Shown here piece after piece: positions 23,982 through 36,379 of a stretch of DNA of 64,000 bases (the stretch's first letter is position 1; each line of letters starts with the position of its first letter). The stretch spans positions 16,926,001-16,990,000 of the forward strand of contig CM120640.1 in assembly GCA_051362555.1 (NCBI GenBank). Reading direction: 5' to 3'. The notes below the pieces were generated by a model, which worked only from the letters and a program-made list of their open reading frames with translations, was not told where the DNA came from and ran no database searches. Made by a program: the position numbers and the translations under genes. This stretch comes from Lingula anatina. Lineage: Eukaryota > Animalia > Brachiopoda.

Positions 23982-25167
23982 ATACACAAATGGCAACCAA
24001 CAAGGAGGAAAATTTAATTACCATTTTTGTTTGAATTTATGTTGAAAATTTTTAGTCTTTAGAATTGTAGTGGTAATCAGTGCTGTGCTTATAGTTTTCT
24101 GTTTTATAAAGTAGTAAAAATGGCTTTTGTACAAAAAAAAAAACGTCAAACAAAATGATGAAAACAAAGAGCTTGCACTTTCACATAAAATAAACTTAGG
24201 AAATTGCCTTATATTGTATGTTATTATCTGTAAAACGTAAACATGTGGGTTTATCTTGCTTTCTAGTGCTGAGTGTTATAAAGGAGAAATGATCATCAAA
24301 AGAAAAAAAGCATCATATCAATTGTTGAAGCACTAGATAGATTTTTTTTTAAAGAAGCAGTAATACATTTAGATTGCAATCAATTGCTTACTTTAAATAC
24401 AGGCACACTAAGGGCTTCAACCAAAATATGCTTTGAACCAAAATACCAGTATGATCATGTATGGCTTGCTGCACCATGTATATGGATGGCAATTTACAAA
24501 TTAAACATGATATATATGTGTGTGTGTGTGTGTGTGTGGAAGTAAAACCACGAGTACCCATAGCACTTTAAATTTCTGGACATAAACTTGGCCTATTTAT
24601 CCAACCCTCCAGTTCGTGAAAATGAAATGAGAGAAAATAATGAAATGAAAGGTAATGGCATTTGTTTAAGTTACAACACGATGTAATCTGGCATTCGGTG
24701 GGGTTAAGTGAGAATAATTTGGCATGTCTACATACTTAATACTGGGGTATGCACCTTCAAGTGTTGAAGCAAACCAGCTAAAAAAAATTTACAAAAACAA
24801 AAATTTTGGTATTCAGTTTAATTCATCATTGCATGCAATGTTGCCATCATAGTTAAAAAAAAAATTCCACAGCTTGCTGCATAATTCAACTTATACTATT
24901 TATCTGCAATATTACTGGTGTTAACTCTGGTATAAATATGTACAGCATTTATAATAAGCTGCAGATTCAAGAATATCACTAACATGTGGAATAAGAACTG
25001 GTTAAAGTCAAAACCAATACAAAATTAAGATCAGTACCAGCAAAATATCAGACCCACTGAATATTTGCTCCACACATCAAATACAAAATAGCAACTTGGA
25101 TTATTTGCTCGAGAATTGATATAATTAAATGTAGAAAATGCAAATCAATAAAGGTGTACATGTATAA

Positions 25168-25389
25168 AGGCTCAATCTCAATGAAACCATTGTTCTATGT
25201 AGATCAATCCAACTCTCGCTGAATGCTTTCAGATTAACATGCCTCCTGGCACTGAGTAAAAGATAGCAAAAGTTGGTGATTATATAAATTCACTGGAAAC
25301 ATGACAAGGTCTGTTAAGGTCATTCAATAAGAGTACCTACAGAGTTGGATCAATCTACTCAGAGCAATAGCTTCATTGGGAATGAGCCC
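25168..25389. mobile_element. MITE family 2, copy b
   Basis: AGGCTCAATCTCAATG...CATTGGGAATGAGCCC with TAA TSD; clearly related to 23365-23604. Confidence 0.8.
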
Positions 25390-25573
25390 TAATTTAACCT
25401 CTTGAATAAACAACTGAGGTTGCTATGCACAAGAACAGGATAACTATTCACAACTGTATAACACAATGCTATTTCTCTGTAGCACAATGTATTTACAAGT
25501 ACTGTGAAATTGCTGCAAGACATATACAAGCTCTAGTATTTGGCATTCTGGTGTTCAAAATAAACACTGTCAA

Positions 25574-26338
25574 TTAGGACTGTCTTGCCTTTCTGATAGC
25601 TTCTGCCACGCCCTCTGGCAGGTATTCTTGATCTTTGCTTTTGAGGAGAGCTTTGAGTGCCAAGGTAAGGAAGAGAGATGACACTGCCCCTACAGTCAGT
25701 AAATATCGCAGTCCATGATACCACTTAGGGTAGGCCTTCACCTTAGAGTCCAAGTATGCAGCACCACTCAGTCCGCACATGGTGACGAAGATGGAGAGTC
25801 CAGGGGACCCAAGCATTAACCCTCCCCAAGCTATTAATGGTGGTGCTACACTTATGCTCAAATTATTAAAATCTGGCTTCAATGGCCCATTTGACGGCAG
25901 TGAAAATCCCCACCTGACTCCTCCCAGGAAAGATAGAATGCACCCACCATAGAGAGCTTGAAGATAGGCAATATTGGGGTCATACATATGAAGAATAAAA
26001 AGGCAGTGAAGAGGGGGGAGCACAAATGGAACCAAGCCCCCAAGTCCAAGGTATTTTGCAGCATCAGGTGCAGATTTATAACTCGGTATCTCAGCCTTTA
26101 AAAAGCTGATGAGGGGTTTCACAGATTCAGTTCCGGATGAAACTGCTTTCTTTAATTGCTTTATTTGATCTTTGTAGTCAAGATTCAGGTTTGAAGTGAC
26201 ACTGAACAGTCTTGCTTGATGTACTGACACTTGACATTTTTGATGTCCGTTCAGGGAATTGATCAATGGAACTGCACTTCTTGCCTTGCACTGAAGCATG
26301 ATGTTAGAGCCAAGACAACGAGCACCTAATTGGAGCAT
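25574..26338 (-). CDS. TMEM69: Transmembrane protein 69 (DUF3429 family), single coding exon
   Basis: 254-aa ORF with basic mitochondrial-presequence-like N-terminus and family motifs LGLGGLVPF, QALYGGCILSFLGGVRWG, YPKWYHGLRYLLT. Splice acceptor just upstream of the ATG (~26355) and a candidate donor at ~26700 imply a non-coding first exon. Confidence 0.9.
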   Translation of the reverse strand: MLQLGARCLGSNIMLQCKARSAVPLINSLNGHQKCQVSVHQARLFSVTSNLNLDYKDQIKQLKKAVSSGTESVKPLISFLKAEIPSYKSAPDAAKYLGLGGLVPFVLPPLHCLFILHMYDPNIAYLQALYGGCILSFLGGVRWGFSLPSNGPLKPDFNNLSISVAPPLIAWGGLMLGSPGLSIFVTMCGLSGAAYLDSKVKAYPKWYHGLRYLLTVGAVSSLFLTLALKALLKSKDQEYLPEGVAEAIRKARQS

Positions 26339-26699
26339 GGTGTTTATTTTAACCTGTAAAATAAAATCATCAGAGCAAGTTTGTTTTTATAATTTCTTAA
26401 ATCCGTAGCTATCATATCAAAATGTCAAACGCATCGTTTTTTTACGAGAATAGATTCAGATTCATTATTGATAAACACCTTCACATACAAGGTACAATCA
26501 ATGACAGTATAACTTACTATAACATAGCACAAACAAGAGAATATTAAATTAACATTAAATTCATTGGTCAGGTATACCCCTGCACTTTGTACAACAAAAT
26601 ACCCAATAATAAACAACATGTAACATATATGGCTTTTCATAATGGAGTTAATGTTGAAATGATATAATACCAATACACCCTAGCACATGTCATGGTTTT

Positions 26700-27600
26700 A
26701 CCTTGGGAAAGTGAGCTTTTGCCGGTAAACTTCGAGTCCGATTTGGCTCGGTGAAATAATTTCTCTGATGAAGTAATAGCCACGCGCAAAATTTGCTATC
26801 CAATACATAAAATGTTTGACTTGTTTAAAAGCAAAAGGCATTTTTTATAGTCTATTTACTTCTTTTTAACGTAAATGGAAAATTATCTAAATGAAAGTAA
26901 AGCAAATATGGAAATATTTCAATATACATAAAAAAACAACCATCTGAAATATTCGCGTGCTAATGCGGAGTATCGAAATCTCGTTCAGCTTTAACTCAAA
27001 ACAGTTTAAGTTATATATTGTAAAGTATGTTATTTACCTTCATGCATATAATAAACTTATTGAAACATAATAATTTATCATGTGGTTCAACATTATTATC
27101 ACTGAAATTATAAAAATTAACTTATCATTAGGTTATTTAATTGTGACCTACTTTCTTTGATCGAGACAATGCGAGATTACTACCATTACGGGATGTAAGC
27201 AGCCGAGAAGACGCAAAGTTCAGGAAGTTATTTCATCAATTTTAAAGTACATGTAGCAATGAAAAAATAGTGTTTGGACCAGTCAGTGTGACAACGGTGT
27301 TGGTTTTATAAAAGTGGTTCAAGAATATATGTTCAATGGGACGTTAGTACTAATCATTGCAGCTAATTCTACTGCGCTTTGGAGGCCTGACTTCGCATCG
27401 AAACACGTTTTGGCAACATCACCGACATGACTATTAGGAACTCATTGTGATCTGACAGCAATAACTACGTTCCTTGGAATGCATGAACTATTTTTGTAGA
27501 AGTTAAGCATAAATAGTTTATCGAAGGCAATCGATTCTGAGGAAGCGAAAGACGTAGAAACAATATTTTTGGGACACTACTACTACTACGCGGTACTAGT
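26700..27600. promoter_or_regulatory. Probable bidirectional promoter region of TMEM69 and GPBP1
   Basis: Lies between divergently oriented genes, each with non-coding 5' exons (candidate donors ~26700 on -, ~28590 on +); CpG dinucleotides are visibly more frequent than in the flanking gene bodies. Start sites not determinable. Confidence 0.5.
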
Positions 27601-28827
27601 ACTACGTACTCTGATTAGACGTCAATTTCCTGTATCAACGTCTTGCTTGATGGTGTGCCATTCTTACCAGATGTAGTCAACATAGAAATACACCACTGTA
27701 CATGTAGTGTCAATATCAAACAGTAATACAAGGAATGGAGCATCTCTGAACAGAATGAAAACCCATTAGTTGGAAAGCTTTATGTTGCAGTGGAAGATAC
27801 CAGGCTGGTTTTTACCAAGAAAAGGATTCCTTTTCAAAATACAAAACAGTGGATTTGTCAAAGTTGACATGCCACAAATGCATACTACTTCCAGCTTTTC
27901 TTAGCATTTGTGAAGTGCAGGCTTCTTGCCTGTGTGTGGTTTAGTTGTGTGCTTACCAGAATTGTAATTGAAAACATGCTATGAGGTGAACACTAACTGA
28001 CATCAATTCAAGTTGTATATAGTAGCATAGCCATTCCTCCTTTGTTTGTAGAAACTAGAACAGTCTAACCATAGTCAACAAGTTTATTTTTGTAACTCTA
28101 TTCTGTATAAAATTGTAAATACCAATATTTTCCTACTAAGTGCTGTGTGTATGAGAGGCATTGTTGGATGCAATCATATTGGACAAAAGTGAAACTGAAA
28201 CATTAGTAGGAGAAATGTTATGATGTAAAAACAGGAAATTCATCAAAGCAAATGGAACAACTTTTCTGCAACAAGTGTGAATGTTGATCTGCAATGTTTC
28301 CAGAGATTGTATCCCACAGATGAGTTGGATACTGAAACTTGTGAGGAAAAGTGCTTTATTAAGTGCAACTTGAAAACTGAAGTATTTTGCTCTATCTGAA
28401 ATGTTGAAATGATACATTGATAAAAAAACGTCCTTTTGTGTCCTTGGGATTTAGGAAAGAGACTCCTTTTTCCAGTTTGTTTTTTCCTTTTTGTGAAACG
28501 AAAGGAATTGGTCAAGCTAAGAGGAAAGGCTTTCAAGGGCTGTGTGCCCATTGGGCATTTCTTCACTGAGACGGGTCAAGTTCTAAACGGGTAAGATTTC
28601 ATATTTGATTATAACAAATTTGCACTAATGTTTTTTGACATTTTGCTTATGGACATATTTTAGATCCTTAATTATGCGTTAAATTGTTCTAAAATTGATT
28701 TTAAATAAAATTATTATTATTATTAGTACTTTTTTTTGTTATTTGCCATGTTGGACATTGAAAAAAGTGATTCTCTTAGTGATACTATTTTTCTACTCTT
28801 GCCAGCTTTGGAAAGCTTAACAGCGTT

Positions 28828-28839
28828 ATGCGCCACTGA
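28828..28839 (+). promoter_or_regulatory. 3-codon uORF (Met-Arg-His) whose stop overlaps the GPBP1 start
   Basis: ATG CGC CAC TGA TG: the A of TGA (28839) is the A of the main ATG; same exon (acceptor at 28805). Confidence 0.6.
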
Positions 28840-31413
28840 TGGCCAACAGTAAAGCTCCACAAGCGGATTTTGCACCAGCATGGCTCAAAATTCCTAGTGA
28901 GAACTCTGTAAGTATAGAAAAAGTGAAGTATTTTTTCTTGTAAAAATATTATCCACTTATAAATAAGTAAAAATGCAGTTATATAGAGGAGCACTACTCC
29001 ATCCTCATCCATCAATCATACATTGCTTCAATACGTTTAAAAAATGAAATTATCTGAAAAAAAAAAGTGTCTAGATTGAATAGCGATTTAAAAATATTTC
29101 TCAAAGATTAGTCTTTAATTAAGTGAAATAGTAAAGTTCTTGTTATGATTTGTGAAATTGGTTACTTGAATTGCATGAATAGCATATTATATGGCATAAG
29201 AAGCATGGAACTAACAATTTTAAAAATCTGTCATCTAGAAGCCATCTGGTTCAAAGCAGGCTGATCAGAGTGAAGACAAGTCATCCAAGTCCAATCGCCG
29301 CAATGACTACTACTACAGTGGCTATCCAGCATACACCCCTGACTATGGTTATCTTCAGAGACAAAGATCTTTTGAACATTATGAAAGTAAGCTAACAACA
29401 AGCATTGCTTAATTGTAACTTCAATGTCTTTGTGATTTTAACAAAAAAGTGAATCACTTCATTTTGTGTATCCCATCATGGGGTGTAATTATTCTACCAC
29501 TGGGAAATATAAAGATAATAGATGCAGCACATTATGGGTAAGTAAGTGTTTTAATTGACAGTAGTAAAAAGTGTTTGGACTTACTAAATTAGGCATTAAA
29601 CAATTGTTACCACATAAAATGATTGAAGTATAATTACACACACTTCATATATTCCATTTTCCTTAATTCAAGCAATTATTCCTTATTTATGCAAGGAGTA
29701 CATGCAAATTAAAGCTCATATTTAGTGCCCATGTTATATTTATATTGTAGTTTGAAAGTATAGCAAAAAACAAAAAGATAGTAATAATTAACAAGATTAA
29801 AACAATTACTGAAGGTGATTTGTTTGTATTGTTTGATCAGAATTTTGATTTGGAGTATATCAATCTCAGTCAAGCAGATCGTAAAATCATCCTGTATTTC
29901 AGCCTTGTCTTTCACTCAGACATGAAATTTAAATACAATATTTTGACCACATACTTAATGAAAATAGTTCTAGTAGACATAGTTACTGGAAACTGACTCT
30001 GATGAGCAGTTTTACCTAATTACAGCTTCTGTCGTTTACTTTTCATGTAGATTCTTTCCAATCAACAGACTTTGTGATGTATTTATAATCAGCTCATTGC
30101 TTTTAAGGAAAAAAGTTTTTAACTAGACAATCTAATTTATATATTTTTCATACTTAGGCAAATTACTGAACACAGAGCATGAGAAAATTTGTCTTGTAGT
30201 AGATTCAACAACAGACCTACAGTTAGTTTAAGTTAGTGTCAAGTGCAAATTTACATAGAAATAAGACAGTAAAATGATGCTTTGCAAACATTTATGTTGA
30301 ATTTTCCCTCTGTTCAGGTCCCAAGTATGGCAGCAGTAAATACCGTACTCACTCAGTAGAAGATGACTACTATGGACAGCCCTATCAGATGTACGACTTT
30401 TACAATGGATATGGCTATGACAAGTATGGTGGCCAGTACAACTCACAGCCCAGTCTTCACAGACAGTCCCCCAAGGAGAACAAATACCAACATCCTCATG
30501 CCTATCCCTCTCAGGTACGACTGTAGAAAAGGCAGCATGAATAATAAACAAATGACAGATGTTTTTATTGTATTTTTAAACTATTCTTGTGAATGCAATT
30601 GTAAACAAAGTATTAGAATTGCTTAATTGATAATGTATTTTTATTGATGCTTATTTGATGCTTACTTGTTATCTGACTTGTTTTGCTGTATATTTCAGAT
30701 GAGTTCAGGCTATCCAAGCTACTATGAGCCCTACTCCTATGATGTCTATGCCTTGGGTGACCCTTATTTCTACAGCTATGCAAGACCTCCTTCTCGACGT
30801 AGTCACCAAGAGCGTGGTGGAGACAAAGACTACAAGACCAACAAAAATGCAGGACTGAAGGAGTTGAGTAAAGAGAAAGAGGGGAAATCTGAAGAGAAAG
30901 ACAAGGAAGAGCCCAATGAAGAAGAGCCTAAAGATTTTAATGAAGAATTCGTGAGTATGGTTGTACATTTTTGGTTGATGTAAGTACTGATAAATGAAAC
31001 CCAAAAGGGACTGGTTTTTGTTGGTGCCCATCATGGCTACACTATGATGTCAATTTACTTGTTTGTCATTTTTGCATAAAGTGTTACACCCCACCACTTA
31101 AAAAGAGATACTATTAAGTTCTTATTAAAATCATTTGATAACAATTATGAAACATATTTGTGGTATTTTCAGCCATTGCTCAATGGGGATGGTAGTGAGC
31201 AGTCAGTCAGCAGCAAGTCTGACAAAGCAGCAGGCAAAGGTGGAGTGTGGGGTAAGTTGTCACAATTATATTTAGTGAAGTTGGAATAGATTTTCCATTT
31301 GTAAATACTATTGTTTACATTGTGTTTTGGAAATGAGAAGTAGTAAAACACATTCATTTTTTAATTTTCCTGGGATAATTGCACAACGTCATCAATTTTC
31401 AGGTTTTGACCCC

Positions 31414-31444
<31 letters not shown>

Positions 31445-32187
31445 ACACACACCACATCCCTGAGTGGTATTAATGGCATTTAAATTTTCTGTTACACATG
31501 TGCTGTAACATTAGTTTTTAGCTTTATGCCCCTTTTTACAGACAAGTCGAATCCAAAGATCCACACAAAACCAAGCTTTGTACCAAGAGCAGAAAGCAAA
31601 CCTGCCCAGACTGGTGAGTAAAACTGTATATATTATTAGGAACTGATGATAAAAATCTGTTGAAAAATATTACTTTAGTATTTTCCAGTATTAATGAACT
31701 TAATTTATTCAACATTTGTTTACATCTTGAACACTTTGTAATAAAGAATTATTTTGTTTTATAAAAAAAGGTATTTGTAAAAATAGCATTGCTTATTGAC
31801 ATGGATATTACATCAACTTGAATTTTAATTCACCATTTGAATTTCTTGGCATTGCAGAGATGGTCTCTAGTAAGGAACTGGTGAATAAAGTACAAGGAGC
31901 AAACATCTATAAAGCTTTAGTTCCCAGCAAGGTAAATGAAGGATAGTTAAGTCCTGCAGATATTGCAGTTATGAGTAGTTTTAGAGTTAATAGGTGAAAA
32001 TATTTATTTATTGCAGTTATGGGTAGTTTCAGAGTTAGTAGGTTAAAATGTTTACTGAATTCAAATGTTAAAGGAGGTAGTTAAACCCCCAAATTATTTA
32101 TTCAACTGTATTCTGTCATGGTTGAATAATTTTAACAATAAATGTATATGTTTTTACATCTGGAATCTTGCACCCTATTTGGTCCAG

Positions 32188-32239
<52 letters not shown>

Positions 32240-33846
32240 AATGATTATAGAAAAGTCAAAGTACCATAGTTCTTACTTTAAGAGTGAACATGATCCTGAA
32301 TCCATACCTGCTGTGCTCTGAGGAATTGTTACATGCTAAACCAATTTTGCTCGTTTTCACATTTCAGCCTATTGCCAGAAGAGCTAGCAAGGAAAGTTTG
32401 AAACTGAATGGCTCCTTTAATGTGAAAGAAGTACCTAACAACAAACCTGCCACACCCACAACCATCATACCACCTGTTGTGATGGGGAAGAATAACAACA
32501 TCAGCAAACTGCCTGGTGGGAAAGAGGTGATTATAAGTGAATTATTTTTTTATTGATTCAACGAGCAGCTTAATGTCAGGAATTCAAAAGAGAACTCATG
32601 TGAACATTCTAGTTATCTATAATCACTTTCTGTTGTTTTGTATGCCATGTTTCTAACAAATGTTATAATTTCTAAGGGCACACCAGCACGCCAGTCTCCC
32701 ACTACTCCTATAGAAATTCTCAACACTCGGCTTGTCACCCAGCCTAAGGTACTGGGCCACAAGAAGAGTGACTTCCTCAAGACTCTCAAACAGGAGTCAC
32801 AGAATGAAGATGAGGAGAACGGGAACTTGAGAAAGGGAGAAAAGGTCAGAACATTGAAAAATTCTCACAAATTCTGGTATTTTAATCTTTAAAGAACATT
32901 TTCATTACTGGTTTTCATTTTTGTAGCATCACAAATGTCTGTTTGTGACATTAAATTATAAGAGACCTAATGAATGTTTGAGTTAGTTTTTAAAAATAAT
33001 ACAACTTAATAACTCAACACAACAGATGGATAATGTTTTAAATTTTCCAAATGTGAATCTCTGCATTTCCATATCTTCATTATCTTCAGTATGACACAGA
33101 AGGAAGCCAAGAGACCAGCAATGAGAGAGAGCTTACAGATAAGATAAAGAAGCAAAATTTGAAAAGAGATGCTTTTTTGTCAAGTTCACTGGAAGCTGAA
33201 CAGAGGTAATGTGTGTGTGTGTGGGGGGGGGGGGGGGGGGGGGGATAAAAATAAAATGAGCCAAACTCTTGATTTCAATGCCTCAAAAATTATAAAGCAG
33301 AGACAATTTTTTCTGTTATCCCAAGAAAACACTTTCATTGACCTTTACTCTTGTTAGGCTTTTGAGAGAGATGGGTTGGAATGAAGGTGATGAAGAGGAC
33401 TATGAGATCACTGAAGATGACCTGAAAGCTTTCCAGGATTTGTCTAAACAGGTATATATGGTGCACAAAAAAAAAGCAAAATCTTTTTAGCGCCAAGACA
33501 AATAATTGTTATTAGGCCATGGGGAAAACAGTTTTAAAATTAAATTCACTTAATTCAGTTAATTCACTACTGCAGTAGATCTTAAACTGGACACTTGCTT
33601 GTAATGTATATGAATCTAGAAGTCCTGATCCCGTCCTACAATATTTCCAAATAAATTCCTCGCATATGCCTGTACTTTAACAAAATGAGATTCTTTTTAC
33701 AGATAAAGCAGAAACCTAATGGGATACACAAAACAATACCAAGTCAGTGGGCTGACAAGAAGCTCCAGCTATTCAACAACACAGCCCAGCTGTTGAAGGA
33801 GGAAGCTCTGAGCAGCAGTGATGACAGTGAAAGTGAAAGTGATTAA
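28839..33846 (+). CDS. GPBP1: Vasculin / GC-rich promoter binding protein 1 family (GPBP1/GPBP1L1 co-ortholog)
   Basis: First coding exon 28839-28907 MANSKAPQADFAPAWLKIP (family N-terminal DFAPAWL). C-terminal LSSSLEAEQRLLREMGW...EITEDDLKAF (33090-33205, 33358-33451). Acidic end SSSDDSESESD* (33703-33846). Internal exons start at about 29239, 30319, 30700, 31173, 31542, 31858, 32368, 32677. Confidence 0.88.
32189..32237. repeat. (CA)n microsatellite
   Basis: Uninterrupted CA run in a GPBP1 intron. Confidence 0.95.
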
Positions 33847-34571
33847 CCTCCAAAGTGCAGATAGTAAACGTGATCAGGTGGAGAAATAGAGACTCTGTAA
33901 GGCCTGATTAGTTTGCCGGGAGCAGAATGTAATAGTAGACCTGGAACAGATTGAGAAGTCTATTCATGATCTTCCATGGAGCTTGTGCTTTCCAGGACTG
34001 GACGATAAAACAATGTCACATACACCTTATCTGATGTTTTTTCTATACACGTCAGTTGTGGACATTAAATTTAACACAAATGTCTCATGTTTGGTGATAG
34101 TACCATAAAAGGTACCAGTGCCAGTCTCAGCAGCAGCAATCTTTCAAGACTGTGGGCATTGGGAATAAAAAGCAACCAGCTCTAGCCTGAAAAGTAGCTC
34201 ATTTTATATATGTCTGTTGATTTTTGTGAAAGCAGAAATGAATTTTCGATGTCGACGGCCTGTGTATAACTGGTGCCAATTAGACCTAAGGGCCTATATA
34301 CTAACAGGATAACAAGATAAATATGGCGGCTTCAAGGGAATCTTGAATTAGCCAAAAGAGAGAAAACTGGCAGTATTGAAGCTCAATCTGAAAGTGGCTC
34401 ACATTTAAGTTAGACTATTCACTATATAGGGTTAGGTGTTTTATGCCTATGGTCATTTTATTTATTTATTTACTTTTTTGTCTGTTTGTATTAATTTGGC
34501 TTTCACTTTCAGAGGTACCGTGTTGCATTTTCATTGTAATCAGTTAAGGCAGAAATGGGTTTTCAAAAGTT

Positions 34572-34621
<50 letters not shown>

Positions 34622-36379
34622 ACTTAGACATTTGATTTTGTAAATTAGGTCAAGAAATCAATAGTAATGGCTACTGACATCCGGCAGGGAACAAAGTGTA
34701 ATTGTTGCCACTGTAATCTGTTTTACCACTGAATTAATAGTTTGTCTTCCTTGCTCTTTCATTTCAGTATAGTAATGAAACACGGTCTGCAGATTGTTTC
34801 TGCCAGTGACCAATTCATTGTTCTTTTTATTATTTTAGTGGCAAATTTCTATCAAGATGCTATTCTGACAGTCATTATTATTATCATTTGCTTCTAAGAA
34901 GATTGTTTAGCTTCTTTTACATTAAATATGTATCAGCAATCCTGTCCAGAATGTCTATTAATTTTCGTCGTTAGCCCTTGACTCGTGAACATTTCAGGTT
35001 TATGATTTAAAATCCATTTGGTCATGATTTTCTGAAAAGAAAATTAAAATGCAAGTCTTTTATGTTGAGTATTTGTTCCTACCTATGGCGTTACTTATTC
35101 CTTTTGCCAAGCAACTGGCTTCGTCACACGTTAGTTCATAATTCAATGCAATCCTATAGGAAAGGTGCAACAGTAAAGCAGTATGCAGCACAGTGGTTTG
35201 GATACCTATAATCAAACATACTTTTGTACTATTGCTTAACTTGTAATTTATATTTAGGTTTTCACTTATTTTTAAAGGTTTGCAAATGTAAGTTTCGGGT
35301 TGAATGGGTATAATCAAATAATTATCAGAGCTTCACGATAATTTGGTTGTTCCTTTCTCACTATTGTTACACGTTTGTCATTGTTGACTGATCTCCTTGC
35401 CGGTGATATTCAGCGATTTAATCATAATAGTACAAATCTTCATCTTCAAAACAGAGGTTTCGTAAAGTGAGAAAAAATTATCACTGTGTGCCGTATGATT
35501 TAGAGAAAATTGTACACGTGGTGAAGTTAAATCGAATGTCATCTTTTCAGGAGTAATTTTATTTTCTGGTTAAGCCTTGTAAACATTTATTACAAAGGGA
35601 TATAATGTAATGTTAAATGTTAATTGGTTGAATTGACAAGTGGATATGACATGCTGTTGCTTCTCGTTCCTGGGGGCTACAATAAAAGCATAATGCCTGG
35701 AGTTGTTGTCAGTGTTATCTATTTGAATAATAACACATATTCAGTGAAAGCTGCAAATATCTACCTCCATGTAAAAAGGCAAGATGCTGTTCTAGAAAAT
35801 CTGTATAAGCCTAGTTAACAAGATCCTAGGAACTCGCTCTTTTATCTATATTATATCTCCAGATATAGGGAAAGACGGAAGCATGCAGATACTATGTTAT
35901 GGATAAATTCAAAGTGATCTAGTGAAATGAGATACGAAGAGGGAAAGATATTACAGTATGAAGGCAAACGTGAAAGCGCGTTGGTAAATCGAGTGTGCCG
36001 CACTCCGGCGAATGTTGTTTGGTCACTTTTTGTCTTTTCTAACACAATCATGTGATTGCAATCTACTTACCTCCCATACTATCACAGTATTGTTATTCAA
36101 ATATTATTCAGATCTGACATATTCCAAGTGACAAGTATTAAGGAAGGCACAATGTAGGGCAGAAGGTTTGAAACGTGGCGACAATGCTCGAGGATAAAAC
36201 ATATTTTCAGCAGCCCCTGCTAAAATTGGCCACAACATATCGTAAGTACGTCTTGTATGTTGTTTTTCTCAGTGCTGTAACAAACACGGGAGCAACGTTT
36301 TCTGGAAAGATTGAGAACTTTCAAAAATAACCCTTATTTCACGTACTCTCCAAAGTTTGTAATGTAATCACCGAGTAAA

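Noticed and set aside
27463-27483. ZNF143/SBS-like motif ACTACGTTCCTTGGAATGC in the bidirectional promoter
   Set aside because: Lacks the core CCCA; match too weak to call.
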